Source: an uncultured Bacilli bacterium (GTDB taxonomy: Bacteria; Bacillota_I; Bacilli_A; RF39; UBA660). From it: a DNA stretch of 32,000 nucleotides. This document shows, piece after piece, positions 1 to 9,092 of the stretch. The notes beneath the pieces are model-generated. The model searched no databases, was not told the DNA's origin, and saw nothing but the letters and a program-made list of their open reading frames with translations. Made by a program: the position numbers and the translations under genes. The stretch lies in assembly GCA_947628345.1 (NCBI GenBank), contig CANQZM010000006.1, positions 1-32,000 on the forward strand. The letters run 5' to 3'. Positions within the stretch are counted from its first letter, which is position 1, and each line of letters opens with the position of its first letter.

Positions 1-377
1 CTTAACCCCCAATTTATATTATTAGGATATGATGATTTATCTAAATATTTTATATTATTTTTATAAATATATTTTGTCATGTATTTTGCAAATTCTTCAT
101 CTTCTCTAACATTTTCATATTTTAAATTACCATGTTTATCATATCCGCCATATCTAATTTCATTATCAACTATCTGTACATAATCTTTACCATTATTATA
201 ATCTATATCTATATTAGTTATTTCTTCAAATGAACTAGGTTTTTTATAAAAATATCCTGTTTCAGACATATCTGTTTCAGGCATATAATTTTTATTCTTA
301 TTTACTATAACTCCTATACCAATTCCAATTATAATTACTGTTATGATACATAATACGATAATTGAGCCTTTTTTCAT
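1..377 (-). CDS. hypothetical N-terminally membrane-anchored protein (3' end runs off the window)
   Basis: Not in the supplied track. ATG at 375-377 follows a strong RBS (minus strand AGTAGGAGGTAAAGTAAATG). I translated it by hand as MKKGSIIVLCIITVIIIGIGIGVIVNKNKNYMPETD... with no stop before position 1. There is one hydrophobic N-terminal segment. Confidence 0.6.
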   Translation of the reverse strand, partial: MKKGSIIVLCIITVIIIGIGIGVIVNKNKNYMPETDMSETGYFYKKPSSFEEITNIDIDYNNGKDYVQIVDNEIRYGGYDKHGNLKYENVREDEEFAKYMTKYIYKNNIKYLDKSSYPNNINWGL

Positions 378-552
378 TTACTTTACCTCCTACTATTACT
401 TGTCAAATTTTTATTTTTTTCAACATTACTCTTTATTTCAGTATAATGCTGCCACTCATCCTAGTCAATTTTTTTGTTTTTTTATAATTTTTTTTGACAT
501 AAAATAAAAAATAAATAAAACTTTGTTATTATGCATTGCTTTAATTTATTTC

Positions 553-582
553 TTTACTTAAAAACTTTATGAAATGTATAAT
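553..582 (+). promoter_or_regulatory. possible sigma-A promoter for trpS (extended -10 TGTATAAT, weak -35 TTTACT)
   Basis: TGtATAAT at 575-582 lies about 30 nt upstream of the trpS ATG. A TTTACT -35-like hexamer sits at 553-558. AT-rich DNA makes chance matches common. Confidence 0.3.
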
Positions 583-612
583 TTATGATAAAATATTCCT
601 AGGAGTGATTTT

Positions 613-1617
613 ATGAAAAAAACAATACTTACAGGATTAAGACCAACAGGTAATCTACATTTAGGTCATTTATTTGGTGCTGGTCAAAATTATGTAAAAT
701 TACAAAATGATTATGAATTTTTTTTAGAAATTGCTGATGTTCAAGCTTTAACTGATAATTTCCATGATCCAGAAAAAGTAAGAAAAAATGTCTATGAGAT
801 TACAATTGATTTATTATCTATTGGCATAGATCCTAATAAAGTTAATATTTTTATTCAGTCACAAATATCAGAAATTGCTGAACTTACTGTTTTCTTTTCT
901 AATTTAGTTACTATTTCTAGATTATATAGAAATCCTACTGTAAAATCAGAAATGATTCAAAAGAAAGAATTATTTGGCAATGATGGTGAAAGTATTACTT
1001 ATGGATTTTTAGGTTATCCTGTATCTCAAGCTGCTGATATTACAATTTTTTCTGGAGAACTAGTTCCTGTTGGAGATGATCAATTACCTTTATTAGAACA
1101 ATGCCGTGAAATTGTAAGAAAGTTCAATAATATTTATGGCAACACCTTAGTAGAACCTCAACCCGTACTAAGTAAAAATACTCGTATTAAAGGTTTAGAT
1201 GGTAATGATAAAATGGGTAAAAGTTTGGGTAATGCTATTTTCTTAGTAGATGATGAGGAAACTATCACTAAAAAAGTAATGGGTGCCATTACTGATCCAT
1301 CAAAAATAAAAAAAGACGATCCTGCTAACCCTGATATTTGTATGGTTTACTATTATCACAAATTGGTTACCAAAGGTGATGAATTAGACACTGTTTGTCA
1401 AGAATGTAAAGCAGGTAAACGTGGTTGTGTTAATTGCAAGAAAGAACTAATTAAAAATTTAATTGAATTCTTACAACCAATTAAAGAAAAACGTAAAGAA
1501 TATGAACAAAATCCTGAACTAGTTAAAAGTATATTACAAAATGGTACAAATGTAGCTAAACAAAGAGCTAGTGAAAACATGAAAAAGATAAAAGAAGCTA
1601 TGAAAATAGACTACTAA
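613..1617 (+). CDS. trpS: tryptophan--tRNA ligase (class I aaRS)
   Basis: 334 aa. HIGH-type motif GNLHLGH near the N-terminus, KMSKS-type motif KMGKS, and a bacterial TrpRS-like length and layout. RBS AGGAG at 601-605. Confidence 0.93.
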   Translation: MKKTILTGLRPTGNLHLGHLFGAGQNYVKLQNDYEFFLEIADVQALTDNFHDPEKVRKNVYEITIDLLSIGIDPNKVNIFIQSQISEIAELTVFFSNLVTISRLYRNPTVKSEMIQKKELFGNDGESITYGFLGYPVSQAADITIFSGELVPVGDDQLPLLEQCREIVRKFNNIYGNTLVEPQPVLSKNTRIKGLDGNDKMGKSLGNAIFLVDDEETITKKVMGAITDPSKIKKDDPANPDICMVYYYHKLVTKGDELDTVCQECKAGKRGCVNCKKELIKNLIEFLQPIKEKRKEYEQNPELVKSILQNGTNVAKQRASENMKKIKEAMKIDY

Positions 1618-1634
1618 TTGGTAGTCTTTTTTTT
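1608..1634 (+). terminator. rho-independent terminator of trpS, overlapping its stop codon and the 3' end of the convergent gene
   Basis: Stem AGACTAC (1608-1614) pairs with GTAGTCT (1621-1627) around the 6-nt loop TAATTG, followed by a run of 7 T. Confidence 0.6.
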
Positions 1635-2276
1635 GGAATGAGTTAATTTTAATATCTTATAAATATTGTTATACTTTTTAGAATAATTATCTTTGATATC
1701 TGCTAACATTAATTGATATTTTTCTTCTAAGGTATTATTGTCTTTTGTAAATGCTTCTTTATATAAATAGTTAATTTTTTCATATAATCCTTTTTTATAG
1801 GCATATTTAAGTTCTTTTAATAAATAGTTTCTTCTAAACTCTTCTTCTCTAGTTAAAAATAGAACTTCATTATTTTTTCTAATAACTTTATAATCAATAT
1901 TAGTCAATTCAATTTGATCACTTAACTCTAAAATTTCTTCTTCTTCATCTAATAATAAATAACTTTTAAATAGAGATTTACCTTCCTTATTAAATTCTAC
2001 TGCCACTACTTTAATATTATTAGTAAATAAACATGCATAATCAATAGTATCAGAGCCTTCATCTGTATAAATTTCTGTTTTTTGATATATCTTTTTTAAA
2101 AATTCCTTATCTATAGTTATATTATTTTTAACAATATCTTTTAAAAATTTACTACTAACTCTAACCATAGGAATTTTTTTAATGTGTTCAATATTATCCT
2201 TGTTACTCCATTCAAAAAATTCATAAATTCTATTACTATCTAATAAATTTAAAATTATGTCGTATACGTTTAACAT
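1614..2276 (-). CDS. hypothetical cytoplasmic protein, Lys/Glu/Asn-rich, no motif recognised
   Basis: 220-aa ORF with RBS AAAGGAG 8 nt upstream of the ATG. It is convergent with trpS, and the two coding regions overlap by 4 nt. Confidence 0.6.
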   Translation of the reverse strand: MLNVYDIILNLLDSNRIYEFFEWSNKDNIEHIKKIPMVRVSSKFLKDIVKNNITIDKEFLKKIYQKTEIYTDEGSDTIDYACLFTNNIKVVAVEFNKEGKSLFKSYLLLDEEEEILELSDQIELTNIDYKVIRKNNEVLFLTREEEFRRNYLLKELKYAYKKGLYEKINYLYKEAFTKDNNTLEEKYQLMLADIKDNYSKKYNNIYKILKLTHSKKKTTN

Positions 2277-2481
2277 GTTTTTTCTCCTTTCTAAATAAAG
2301 ATAATATTACCATAATTAGACCTACTATTACTATTATGCATTCAATTCTAGTCATTATATATACTAAATATTCCCCAATGCTATAACCAAAACTTAATAA
2401 GTTAAGATAGATAATCATAAATGTAAAACCTATTATCATTAGACTTAAGCCTAATAAAAACAAAAAAAATCGTGATATCAT
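2236..2481 (-). CDS. small membrane protein (two to three hydrophobic segments)
   Basis: 81-aa ORF with RBS GAGGAG upstream of the ATG. It overlaps the next gene by 41 nt. Confidence 0.55.
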   Translation of the reverse strand: MISRFFLFLLGLSLMIIGFTFMIIYLNLLSFGYSIGEYLVYIMTRIECIIVIVGLIMVILSLFRKEKKHVKRIRHNFKFIR

Positions 2482-2651
2482 TTTAACTCCTCATTTATAT
2501 TTATGAAATATCTAATTATAGTATACAGATTATTTAATTTATTATACGAACAAATTGATTTCTCATTCATGGGATATTTTATTCTATAAAGACCAATTTA
2601 CACATAGTCGCTGTCATATTTATTTTAAAGTATAAACTTATATTAATATAT

Positions 2652-2679
2652 AAAAAATGAGTTTATATTACTCATTTTT
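2652..2679 (-). terminator. possible intrinsic terminator at the rmuC stop
   Basis: AAAAATGAG (2653-2661) pairs with CTCATTTTT (2671-2679) around a 9-nt loop. The stem is AU-rich, so this is a weak call. Confidence 0.3.
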
Positions 2680-3741
2680 AGTTTCAATTACATCTACTTC
2701 AACTTGGTTAATAGATGCAAATTTTTTACTAATTTTCTCTGTTGTAATTGAGACATTTTCAACATCTTTGTTTACAGCCTGAATACTTCTTGATAGCTTG
2801 TCCCAACGTTCTTTATATCTTGCAAACTCTAATCCTAATTTATTTAGTTCTTGATGAATTATTGAACTATATTTATCTTTTTCTATATTCTTAATAATCA
2901 TTTGAATTACGGTAAGAGTTGAAATTAAAGTAGTTGGTGAGGTAATCCAAACTCTTTTTTTATAAGCATATTCAATAATATCAGGATGATATGCATTAAT
3001 TTCTGCAAATATTGCCTCAGCTGGTAAAAACATAATCGCTTGATCACTTGTTTCACCAGGAATTATATATTTAGTACAAATTGCATCAATGTGTTTTTTA
3101 ACATCAATTTTAAATAATTTTTCATATTTTTCTCGTTCTAAAGCTGAAATTTTTTTATCAACCATTAATTGATAATGTTCTAAAGGAAACTTAGAATCAA
3201 TCGCAATGGTTCCCAAAGGTTCTGGGGCAAATAATACACAATCTACAATGAATTTGTTACTAAAAGTATATTGCAACTGGTAAATAGAATCATTTTTTTC
3301 ACCAAAAACACTGGCTAAAATATGTTTTAAATTAACTTCTCCAAAAATACCTCTACTCTTTTTATCTGTTAAAATACTTTGGAGTGAAACTATATCTGTT
3401 GATAAGTTTTCAATTTTTTTCTGAGCTTCATCAATTTTACTAAGTCTCTCAATAACTGACATAAACGTTTTATTAGTTTTTTCAAAGTTATCGTCTAAAC
3501 GTTCATTAACTTTTTCATTTATAGCTATAAGTCTTTTTTCTACTTGTTCATTTAATTTATGAAAATCATCTGTCATACTTTTAGTCAAATCAGATTTAAA
3601 ACTACTTAATTCTTTTATAATATCAACTTCTAATTTACCTAAACGTTCAGTAATATTACTTTCATTAATATTTTTACATAACGATATAATTATCAAAATT
3701 AAGTTAACTATTAATAATCCAACTATAATATAATTTATCAT
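2668..3741 (-). CDS. rmuC: DNA recombination protein RmuC family
   Basis: 357 aa. N-terminal TM helix, a long coiled-coil-like region and a C-terminal RmuC-like block (AIMFLPAEAIFAEI, VWITSPTTL). Strong RBS AAGGAGG. Confidence 0.8.
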   Translation of the reverse strand: MINYIIVGLLIVNLILIIISLCKNINESNITERLGKLEVDIIKELSSFKSDLTKSMTDDFHKLNEQVEKRLIAINEKVNERLDDNFEKTNKTFMSVIERLSKIDEAQKKIENLSTDIVSLQSILTDKKSRGIFGEVNLKHILASVFGEKNDSIYQLQYTFSNKFIVDCVLFAPEPLGTIAIDSKFPLEHYQLMVDKKISALEREKYEKLFKIDVKKHIDAICTKYIIPGETSDQAIMFLPAEAIFAEINAYHPDIIEYAYKKRVWITSPTTLISTLTVIQMIIKNIEKDKYSSIIHQELNKLGLEFARYKERWDKLSRSIQAVNKDVENVSITTEKISKKFASINQVEVDVIETKNE

Positions 3742-3759
3742 TTACTTCCTCCTTAATTA

Positions 3760-4329
3760 TTACTCTATTTGAAATTTTTTATTTAATATTTTTGAAATTA
3801 AATAAGCTACTAGGATAAATATACAAATGATAATAATGGTACTAATATCTGTCACACTTTCAATTAAACTTTTACCAATAAGTCCCCAAAATAGTATCAT
3901 AAAAATCTTACCTGTTAACAAAGCAAATAAAAATTTTCTTTTACTAGTTTTAACTAATCCACAAGCAATATTAATTAAAAATGCAGGTGTAAATGGTAGA
4001 GCAATAATTACCACTAATTTAGAAAAATCAATTTTTTTCATTTTCTTCTCAATTTTCTTTAATCTTGGATTTTTAATTTTTTCTTTAATATATTTTTTGG
4101 AAATCATACTAAATAACAAAAAAGATAAATAACAACCAAGACAAGTAGCTAACCAAGAAATGATTATACCTACAATAACACCAAAAGCATTGACATTTAA
4201 AGCTACGAAAACTCCTAAAGGCAATGCTGGAATTATTGACTCTAAAAGTACTAATAAAATACCACTGATAATACCACCATGTTGTAATAATAAGGTTAAA
4301 TAATCAACTATATCATATAATAATTTCAT
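3760..4329 (-). CDS. DedA / TVP38-TMEM64 (SNARE-associated) family membrane protein
   Basis: Polytopic membrane protein with the motif region PFTPAFLINIACGLVKTSKRKF. I place the start at the internal ATG (MKLLYD...) because AGGTGATGATA precedes it. The track start at 4359 has no RBS. Confidence 0.7.
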   Translation of the reverse strand: MKLLYDIVDYLTLLLQHGGIISGILLVLLESIIPALPLGVFVALNVNAFGVIVGIIISWLATCLGCYLSFLLFSMISKKYIKEKIKNPRLKKIEKKMKKIDFSKLVVIIALPFTPAFLINIACGLVKTSKRKFLFALLTGKIFMILFWGLIGKSLIESVTDISTIIIICIFILVAYLISKILNKKFQIE

Positions 4330-4409
4330 TATCATCACCTTATTATTATTATAGTACAAATTATTGATATTTAAAAGAAAAAGATAATAATTAAAAAAGA
4401 TAGTATTGA

Positions 4410-4709
4410 TTATCTACTATCTTCTAAATAATTAGCATATCCACCTACTACATTTACTACATTATAACCTTGTTTTGTTAAGATATTACAAATTTTACTA
4501 CTTGTTGTTCCATAATTACAAAAAAGATAATAATCATCTTTCTTATTTAAATATTTACTTGGATTAGTTAATAAATAATTAGTTGGAATATTTTTAGCAC
4601 CACTTATACTTCCTAAGGAAAATTGATAATTATCTCTGATATCTATCAAGTTAATGTTATGTGTTGACATAAGCTCAATCAATTCATATGAATTTATTTC
4701 TTTATACAT
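4410..4709 (-). CDS. single-domain rhodanese-like protein
   Basis: 99 aa. Rhodanese-like layout with the candidate active-site loop CNYGTTSS. RBS GAGGTG. Confidence 0.7.
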   Translation of the reverse strand: MYKEINSYELIELMSTHNINLIDIRDNYQFSLGSISGAKNIPTNYLLTNPSKYLNKKDDYYLFCNYGTTSSKICNILTKQGYNVVNVVGGYANYLEDSR

Positions 4710-4732
4710 ATACTACACCTCGATATAATATA

Positions 4733-4768
4733 TGAAAAAAAAGTAATCTAAACAATTATAGATTACTT
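4733..4768 (-). terminator. rho-independent terminator closing the long minus-strand operon
   Basis: On the minus strand, the 10-bp stem AAGTAATCTA / TAGATTACTT (4759-4768 with 4741-4750) flanks an 8-nt loop and is followed by TTTTTT. It overlaps the stop codon of the 436-aa gene. Confidence 0.6.
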
Positions 4769-6077
4769 ATCTAATTATATATGGATTTTTTTGAGTACCA
4801 TTTCCTTTTTCAATCATCGTATCAGTACCAACTCTAATAATTAGTTTTATACGTTTAACATTATTAGCATAGTATTTATTAATATAACCATTAGAATTAA
4901 CTGCATATACTCTAGCTGAATTTTCAGCTGTTCCATTAGCTAACCAAAAATTACCACTATTAGCTAAAAAATTATAATTTTGACAACTAGGATCAACGGT
5001 AGTTTTACAATTTGAATCCAAGCTAGCATTAAGATAATCATAAACAGGAAGTAGAGCTATTTTAGTTTCTATGACCTCAGAACATTCAGTACTACCATTA
5101 CGACTAGTATCAGTTTCACTTCTGTTACCAACACATGATTTAAATTTAACTAATTTAGACTTTATTTCCTTTGAAAATGAAAATTGTTCAACACTATAAG
5201 ATGTATATTTATCCTCTGAATCATCTCCTAATTTATTATTGTAGATTTGATCAATAAATTCACTTATAGTACTATTTTGGTATGTATTAATTCCAGAATT
5301 ATCTTCAGTTAAACTATTATATCTTTCATCCCAAGTAAAAGAATTTTTAGAAACATCATCAAGAACTAAAGTAACTTCATCAGCAGAACTAACTTTTAAA
5401 ATTCTCCACATAGCATCTGAATTTTTAAATTTTACATAATTATTAACTTCTTTTCCTCGATATACATAACCATCATTTAATTTATAAAGACCATATCCTT
5501 CAGTAACAATATTTTTAGAATCAGTTACTTTTTTATATAATTCAGTAGTTTTATATAAATCACCACAATTTAAATATGCTGTATAACTATAGTTTTTAGA
5601 ATCAATCTTTTGAACTATAACTTCTCCCGTACAACTATCATTTTTAACATATTCATTTAAAGGTTTCATATATTTAGATTCAACTAAAACAGTATCAGTA
5701 ATTTTTACTTTCTTAGCTACTTGTGAAGGTAGATTAGACTTGTTATCAGCAAAATATGTTTGAGCAGCTTCTTTCATAATATTTTCAACATCTGCATAAG
5801 AATAATCTTTTTTAGATATTAAAGAAGATAGGAAAACTATTAACAAAATTATTATTATTATCAATATAATTAATCCTGTCGTTTTAACTAGTCTATTTCT
5901 AAATTGGGCTTTAGCTAAATTTTCATTATGTTTTATTTCTTCTTCTAAATTTTCACTATTATCTTCTAAATCTTGCTCCTCATCAGTTTCTTCATTAGCC
6001 AATTTTTCTTCTGATTTTTTAATACTTTCTTCTAAATCTTTATACTTATTATTATTTGGTCCAACTTTTTTATCCAT
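4767..6077 (-). CDS. N-terminally anchored surface protein, paralog of 26894-28678 (acidic cytoplasmic head, one TM, Cys-containing ectodomain, C-terminal GNGTQKNPYIIR)
   Basis: 436 aa, RBS AAGAGG. After the TM helix it shares a module with the 594-aa protein (...LP...C...Y.YL.CG.LYK). It also shares the block NNYV.F....WRILKV and a terminal G-x-G-x-x-x-x-P-Y-I-I motif. Confidence 0.7.
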   Translation of the reverse strand: MDKKVGPNNNKYKDLEESIKKSEEKLANEETDEEQDLEDNSENLEEEIKHNENLAKAQFRNRLVKTTGLIILIIIIILLIVFLSSLISKKDYSYADVENIMKEAAQTYFADNKSNLPSQVAKKVKITDTVLVESKYMKPLNEYVKNDSCTGEVIVQKIDSKNYSYTAYLNCGDLYKTTELYKKVTDSKNIVTEGYGLYKLNDGYVYRGKEVNNYVKFKNSDAMWRILKVSSADEVTLVLDDVSKNSFTWDERYNSLTEDNSGINTYQNSTISEFIDQIYNNKLGDDSEDKYTSYSVEQFSFSKEIKSKLVKFKSCVGNRSETDTSRNGSTECSEVIETKIALLPVYDYLNASLDSNCKTTVDPSCQNYNFLANSGNFWLANGTAENSARVYAVNSNGYINKYYANNVKRIKLIIRVGTDTMIEKGNGTQKNPYIIR

Positions 6078-6100
6078 ATAAATACCTCTTTCTACTTTTA

Positions 6101-8251
6101 TTAATTATCAAAGAAATCATCAAAAAATTCATCATCATCGTCATCATCTTCTAAATTAAGATTTTGAACAACTACATCATCCTTATGAATAATTTCTGAT
6201 TCTTTATCACCAATAATCTCTAATTTAGATTCTTCTTTCTTCTTATCATCTAACTCTTTATTTCGTTTTTCTTCTTCTTCTATCTCAGCAATTTTAGCAT
6301 CGATTTTTTTAATTAAATCATCCATATCAAAATTATTAGGAGCTGGTGATTTATCATCCTGTAGACTAGCCATAGGTGGTCTTGAATCCATTTGGGCAAA
6401 GGGATTAAAACCTTGAGACATAAATGGATTGTTAGGATTAGGTATTCTCATATCAGCATTATCCATATTCATACCAAATGGATTAGGTGGTAATGGATTA
6501 ACACCACCTTCTACTTCATCATTAGCATTCATCATTTCTAATAACTTTTTCTTCTTTTCTGATTTTACAAACTCTTTAATATTAAAGGTATGTACTTGTT
6601 GTTTTTGTCTATGAGGATATTTAGCTTGTGGATATTTCTCTCCCCAATCAATTTTAAAATCAGGGGTCATTTTAGTTTTAAATGGCTGTTTTCTAAGACG
6701 CATAATAACAACTTCAAATTGTTTCATTCTTTGTAAATCGGAAACTGTAATTAATGGGGTTGAAGCTGTTTTATCGTCTTTTTTACTTTTTTCTTCACCA
6801 CACATTTTAGATATTTCCTCTAAAGCTGCCAATTCAGTACTAATTAAATAAATGATATTTCCACAGTTTCCTCTAATTGTTTCGGCATCTTCTTTACCAT
6901 ATACTTTATTTAACTGAGCATAGTTTTGAATAATCATTGTAAATCTAATTTGACGAGAACGTGCTGCCGTAATCATAGTGGTAACATCTTTTAAAGGGGG
7001 CATATTAGCAAACTCATCTAACAAGAAATTAGTTCTGATTGGCAATTTACCTCCACACTTTTGAGCTACATCAATTAACGTTTCATAAATTTGTTTTAAT
7101 AAAATTGTTACTAAAGAATGATAAGTTTTCTTTTCATCTTGAATAACAATAAATACTGCCGTTTTTCTTTTTCCGATGGATGCTAAATCAATATCACTAT
7201 AAGATAACATCTCACTTAAATTTTCACGTGAGGCAAATAATTTTACTTTTTGTTTAAATACTGATAAAATTGAACCTTTAGTATCAGTTGGAGCTGTAAT
7301 GGTGGCAAAAGCATTAATTGCAGCTGCGCTAGATGGATCTTTAATTCCAAAATATTCCTTAATATAAGTAGAACCACCAAATTTATCTTCACCAACTGTA
7401 CTCATTAAATTAATACTATTGATATTAATTTCCTGTTCTTTAGCATCTTCAAATAAACCTAAAGCAAGTCCTGAAAAATAATCAGCAGAAGTCTTTTCCC
7501 AAAATGGGTCAGCATTGGTATTAGATTCATCATATAAAATATTTAGAGCTAAATCGTCTAATAATTCGATTGCTTTATCTTGTTTACCACTTTTATAAAC
7601 TTGATAAGGTAAAGACATAGGATTCCAAGCATTACCATGTTGAGGATCACGGAAATTAAGTAATAATATTTGATAACCCTTAGCTCTTAACATTTCTGCA
7701 GAAGATTCATAAATTTCACCTTTAGGGTCAGTAATAATCATACTTTCCCCTTTTTTAGCTAAAAACTTAACTGTAGGTTTAATAATAGTTTCAGTCTTTC
7801 CACTACCAGTAGCACCAATTACTAATGTATGATACTCACTATTATCTACCCAAGCTTCATTATCTTTAAGAATAAGGGGAACACCTGCGACAGTTGATTT
7901 TTTTTGAAGAGGGGTTATATAGGAAAGCTCTTCTTTCATCTCTTTTTCTTTAGACCAACGACTATATCCTTTATTTTTTTTCTCAGTACTAAAACCTACT
8001 CCTTTTTCCATATCAAAAAATCTCGAACTAACACTAGCAATTAATCCCAACAATGATAAAAGGTAAAAAATTAAGGTAGCTGTTATATATTGAGTTGAAA
8101 AGGCTGGTAAAGGATTTAAACCTGATAAATGACCATTTTCAGCTAACGTAGCTAAATTCACAACTCCAATTGAAATGACATATAACAAAAAAATCGCAAA
8201 TAACACAAATATAGCAACATCTTCTGAATCAGCAGTAAATTTAAGTTTCAT
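6101..8251 (-). CDS. type IV coupling protein, VirD4/TraG family
   Basis: 716 aa. N-terminal TM helices, Walker A VIGATGSGKTE, Walker B-like NFLLDEFANMP, then the conserved ARSRQIRFTMIIQNYAQLNKVYG block. A long low-complexity C-terminal tail follows. Confidence 0.9.
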   Translation of the reverse strand: MKLKFTADSEDVAIFVLFAIFLLYVISIGVVNLATLAENGHLSGLNPLPAFSTQYITATLIFYLLSLLGLIASVSSRFFDMEKGVGFSTEKKNKGYSRWSKEKEMKEELSYITPLQKKSTVAGVPLILKDNEAWVDNSEYHTLVIGATGSGKTETIIKPTVKFLAKKGESMIITDPKGEIYESSAEMLRAKGYQILLLNFRDPQHGNAWNPMSLPYQVYKSGKQDKAIELLDDLALNILYDESNTNADPFWEKTSADYFSGLALGLFEDAKEQEININSINLMSTVGEDKFGGSTYIKEYFGIKDPSSAAAINAFATITAPTDTKGSILSVFKQKVKLFASRENLSEMLSYSDIDLASIGKRKTAVFIVIQDEKKTYHSLVTILLKQIYETLIDVAQKCGGKLPIRTNFLLDEFANMPPLKDVTTMITAARSRQIRFTMIIQNYAQLNKVYGKEDAETIRGNCGNIIYLISTELAALEEISKMCGEEKSKKDDKTASTPLITVSDLQRMKQFEVVIMRLRKQPFKTKMTPDFKIDWGEKYPQAKYPHRQKQQVHTFNIKEFVKSEKKKKLLEMMNANDEVEGGVNPLPPNPFGMNMDNADMRIPNPNNPFMSQGFNPFAQMDSRPPMASLQDDKSPAPNNFDMDDLIKKIDAKIAEIEEEEKRNKELDDKKKEESKLEIIGDKESEIIHKDDVVVQNLNLEDDDDDDEFFDDFFDN

Positions 8252-8292
8252 ACTATACCTTCTTCCTTCTTTTTTTATTATATCATCTAATG

Positions 8293-9075
8293 CTAGTTAG
8301 AAACAAGTAATTTAAACATTCCGTCTTTAAATTTATACATTCTATGTCTAATTCCATTATTACTATAATATCCACAACTTAAAATAATTTCATATTGATT
8401 ATCTTCATCAATATCTAAAATGCTATTAATATAGGGTTTACAGCCACTATAAGAGTCTTGAGCATCTTTTTCAATATTTTTATATAAGTAAATAATTTTT
8501 TTATTCTTAATCATGAATACAAAACTAAAATAAGTAGAGCCAACATCTTCTAAAGCAAACTTATTACTTATTGTATAAATTTCTTCTTTTTTTTGATCAT
8601 TATCAATATCTACATAAATAACTGATTGACTAGTTAATATTGAATCTTGTTTAATATCGTTGTCTTTTAACACTTTATTTACATAATCTTTATTACTAAT
8701 ATCATGAGTACTAAATTGTACTACCTTATATTTTATATCACCTTTTAAGGCTAATAAATTACCATTATAATTTACTGGTGAGTTATTTTCTTCAAACAAA
8801 TAAGTTTTATCATCATTATATAAATAATAATTACCAAAATAAACATTATCAACATAAGTATAATATTTTTTCCAATTATATTTATCAATATGGTCAAAAG
8901 AAATATTACTCCATTTGCCACCTTCTTCTTTAAAAATAGCATTATCACCAACTATAATTGTATTAGAGTTAGTAACTTTTTTTATTAAATCTATTCCATA
9001 ATAACAGAAGAAGAAAATAGACAATCCAATTAACAAAACTATTATTATAAAAATTATTTTATTTGTTTTTTTCAT
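8293..9075 (-). CDS. hypothetical N-anchored extracytoplasmic protein (its position fits a VirB8/TcpC-like scaffold, but this is unproven)
   Basis: 260 aa, RBS AAGGAG, one N-terminal TM helix. It has two D-x-D-x-D-like motifs (DIDNDQKKEE, DIDEDNQYE) reminiscent of FG-GAP-type repeats. Confidence 0.35.
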   Translation of the reverse strand: MKKTNKIIFIIIVLLIGLSIFFFCYYGIDLIKKVTNSNTIIVGDNAIFKEEGGKWSNISFDHIDKYNWKKYYTYVDNVYFGNYYLYNDDKTYLFEENNSPVNYNGNLLALKGDIKYKVVQFSTHDISNKDYVNKVLKDNDIKQDSILTSQSVIYVDIDNDQKKEEIYTISNKFALEDVGSTYFSFVFMIKNKKIIYLYKNIEKDAQDSYSGCKPYINSILDIDEDNQYEIILSCGYYSNNGIRHRMYKFKDGMFKLLVSN

Positions 9076-9092
9076 TGCAAACTCCTTATTTA

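Noticed and set aside
378-612. T-box riboswitch upstream of trpS.
   Set aside because: I could not find the conserved T-box sequence (AGGGTGGTACCGCG-like) or a plausible terminator/antiterminator pair. The region is almost pure A/T.
3760-4359. The longer 199-aa version of the DedA-family ORF starting MYYNNNKVMIM.
   Set aside because: There is no RBS before the 4359 ATG, whereas AGGTGATGATA directly precedes the ATG at 4329. The extra residues are not part of the family's conserved core.
4741-4772. Possible att-like direct repeat: ATTACTTAT occurs at the left border (about 4762-4770) and again at the right border (about 30273-30281).
   Set aside because: A 9-nt AT-only match is expected by chance in DNA this AT-rich. 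The left copy is part of the terminator stem, and no integrase is present. It is not evidence of site-specific integration.
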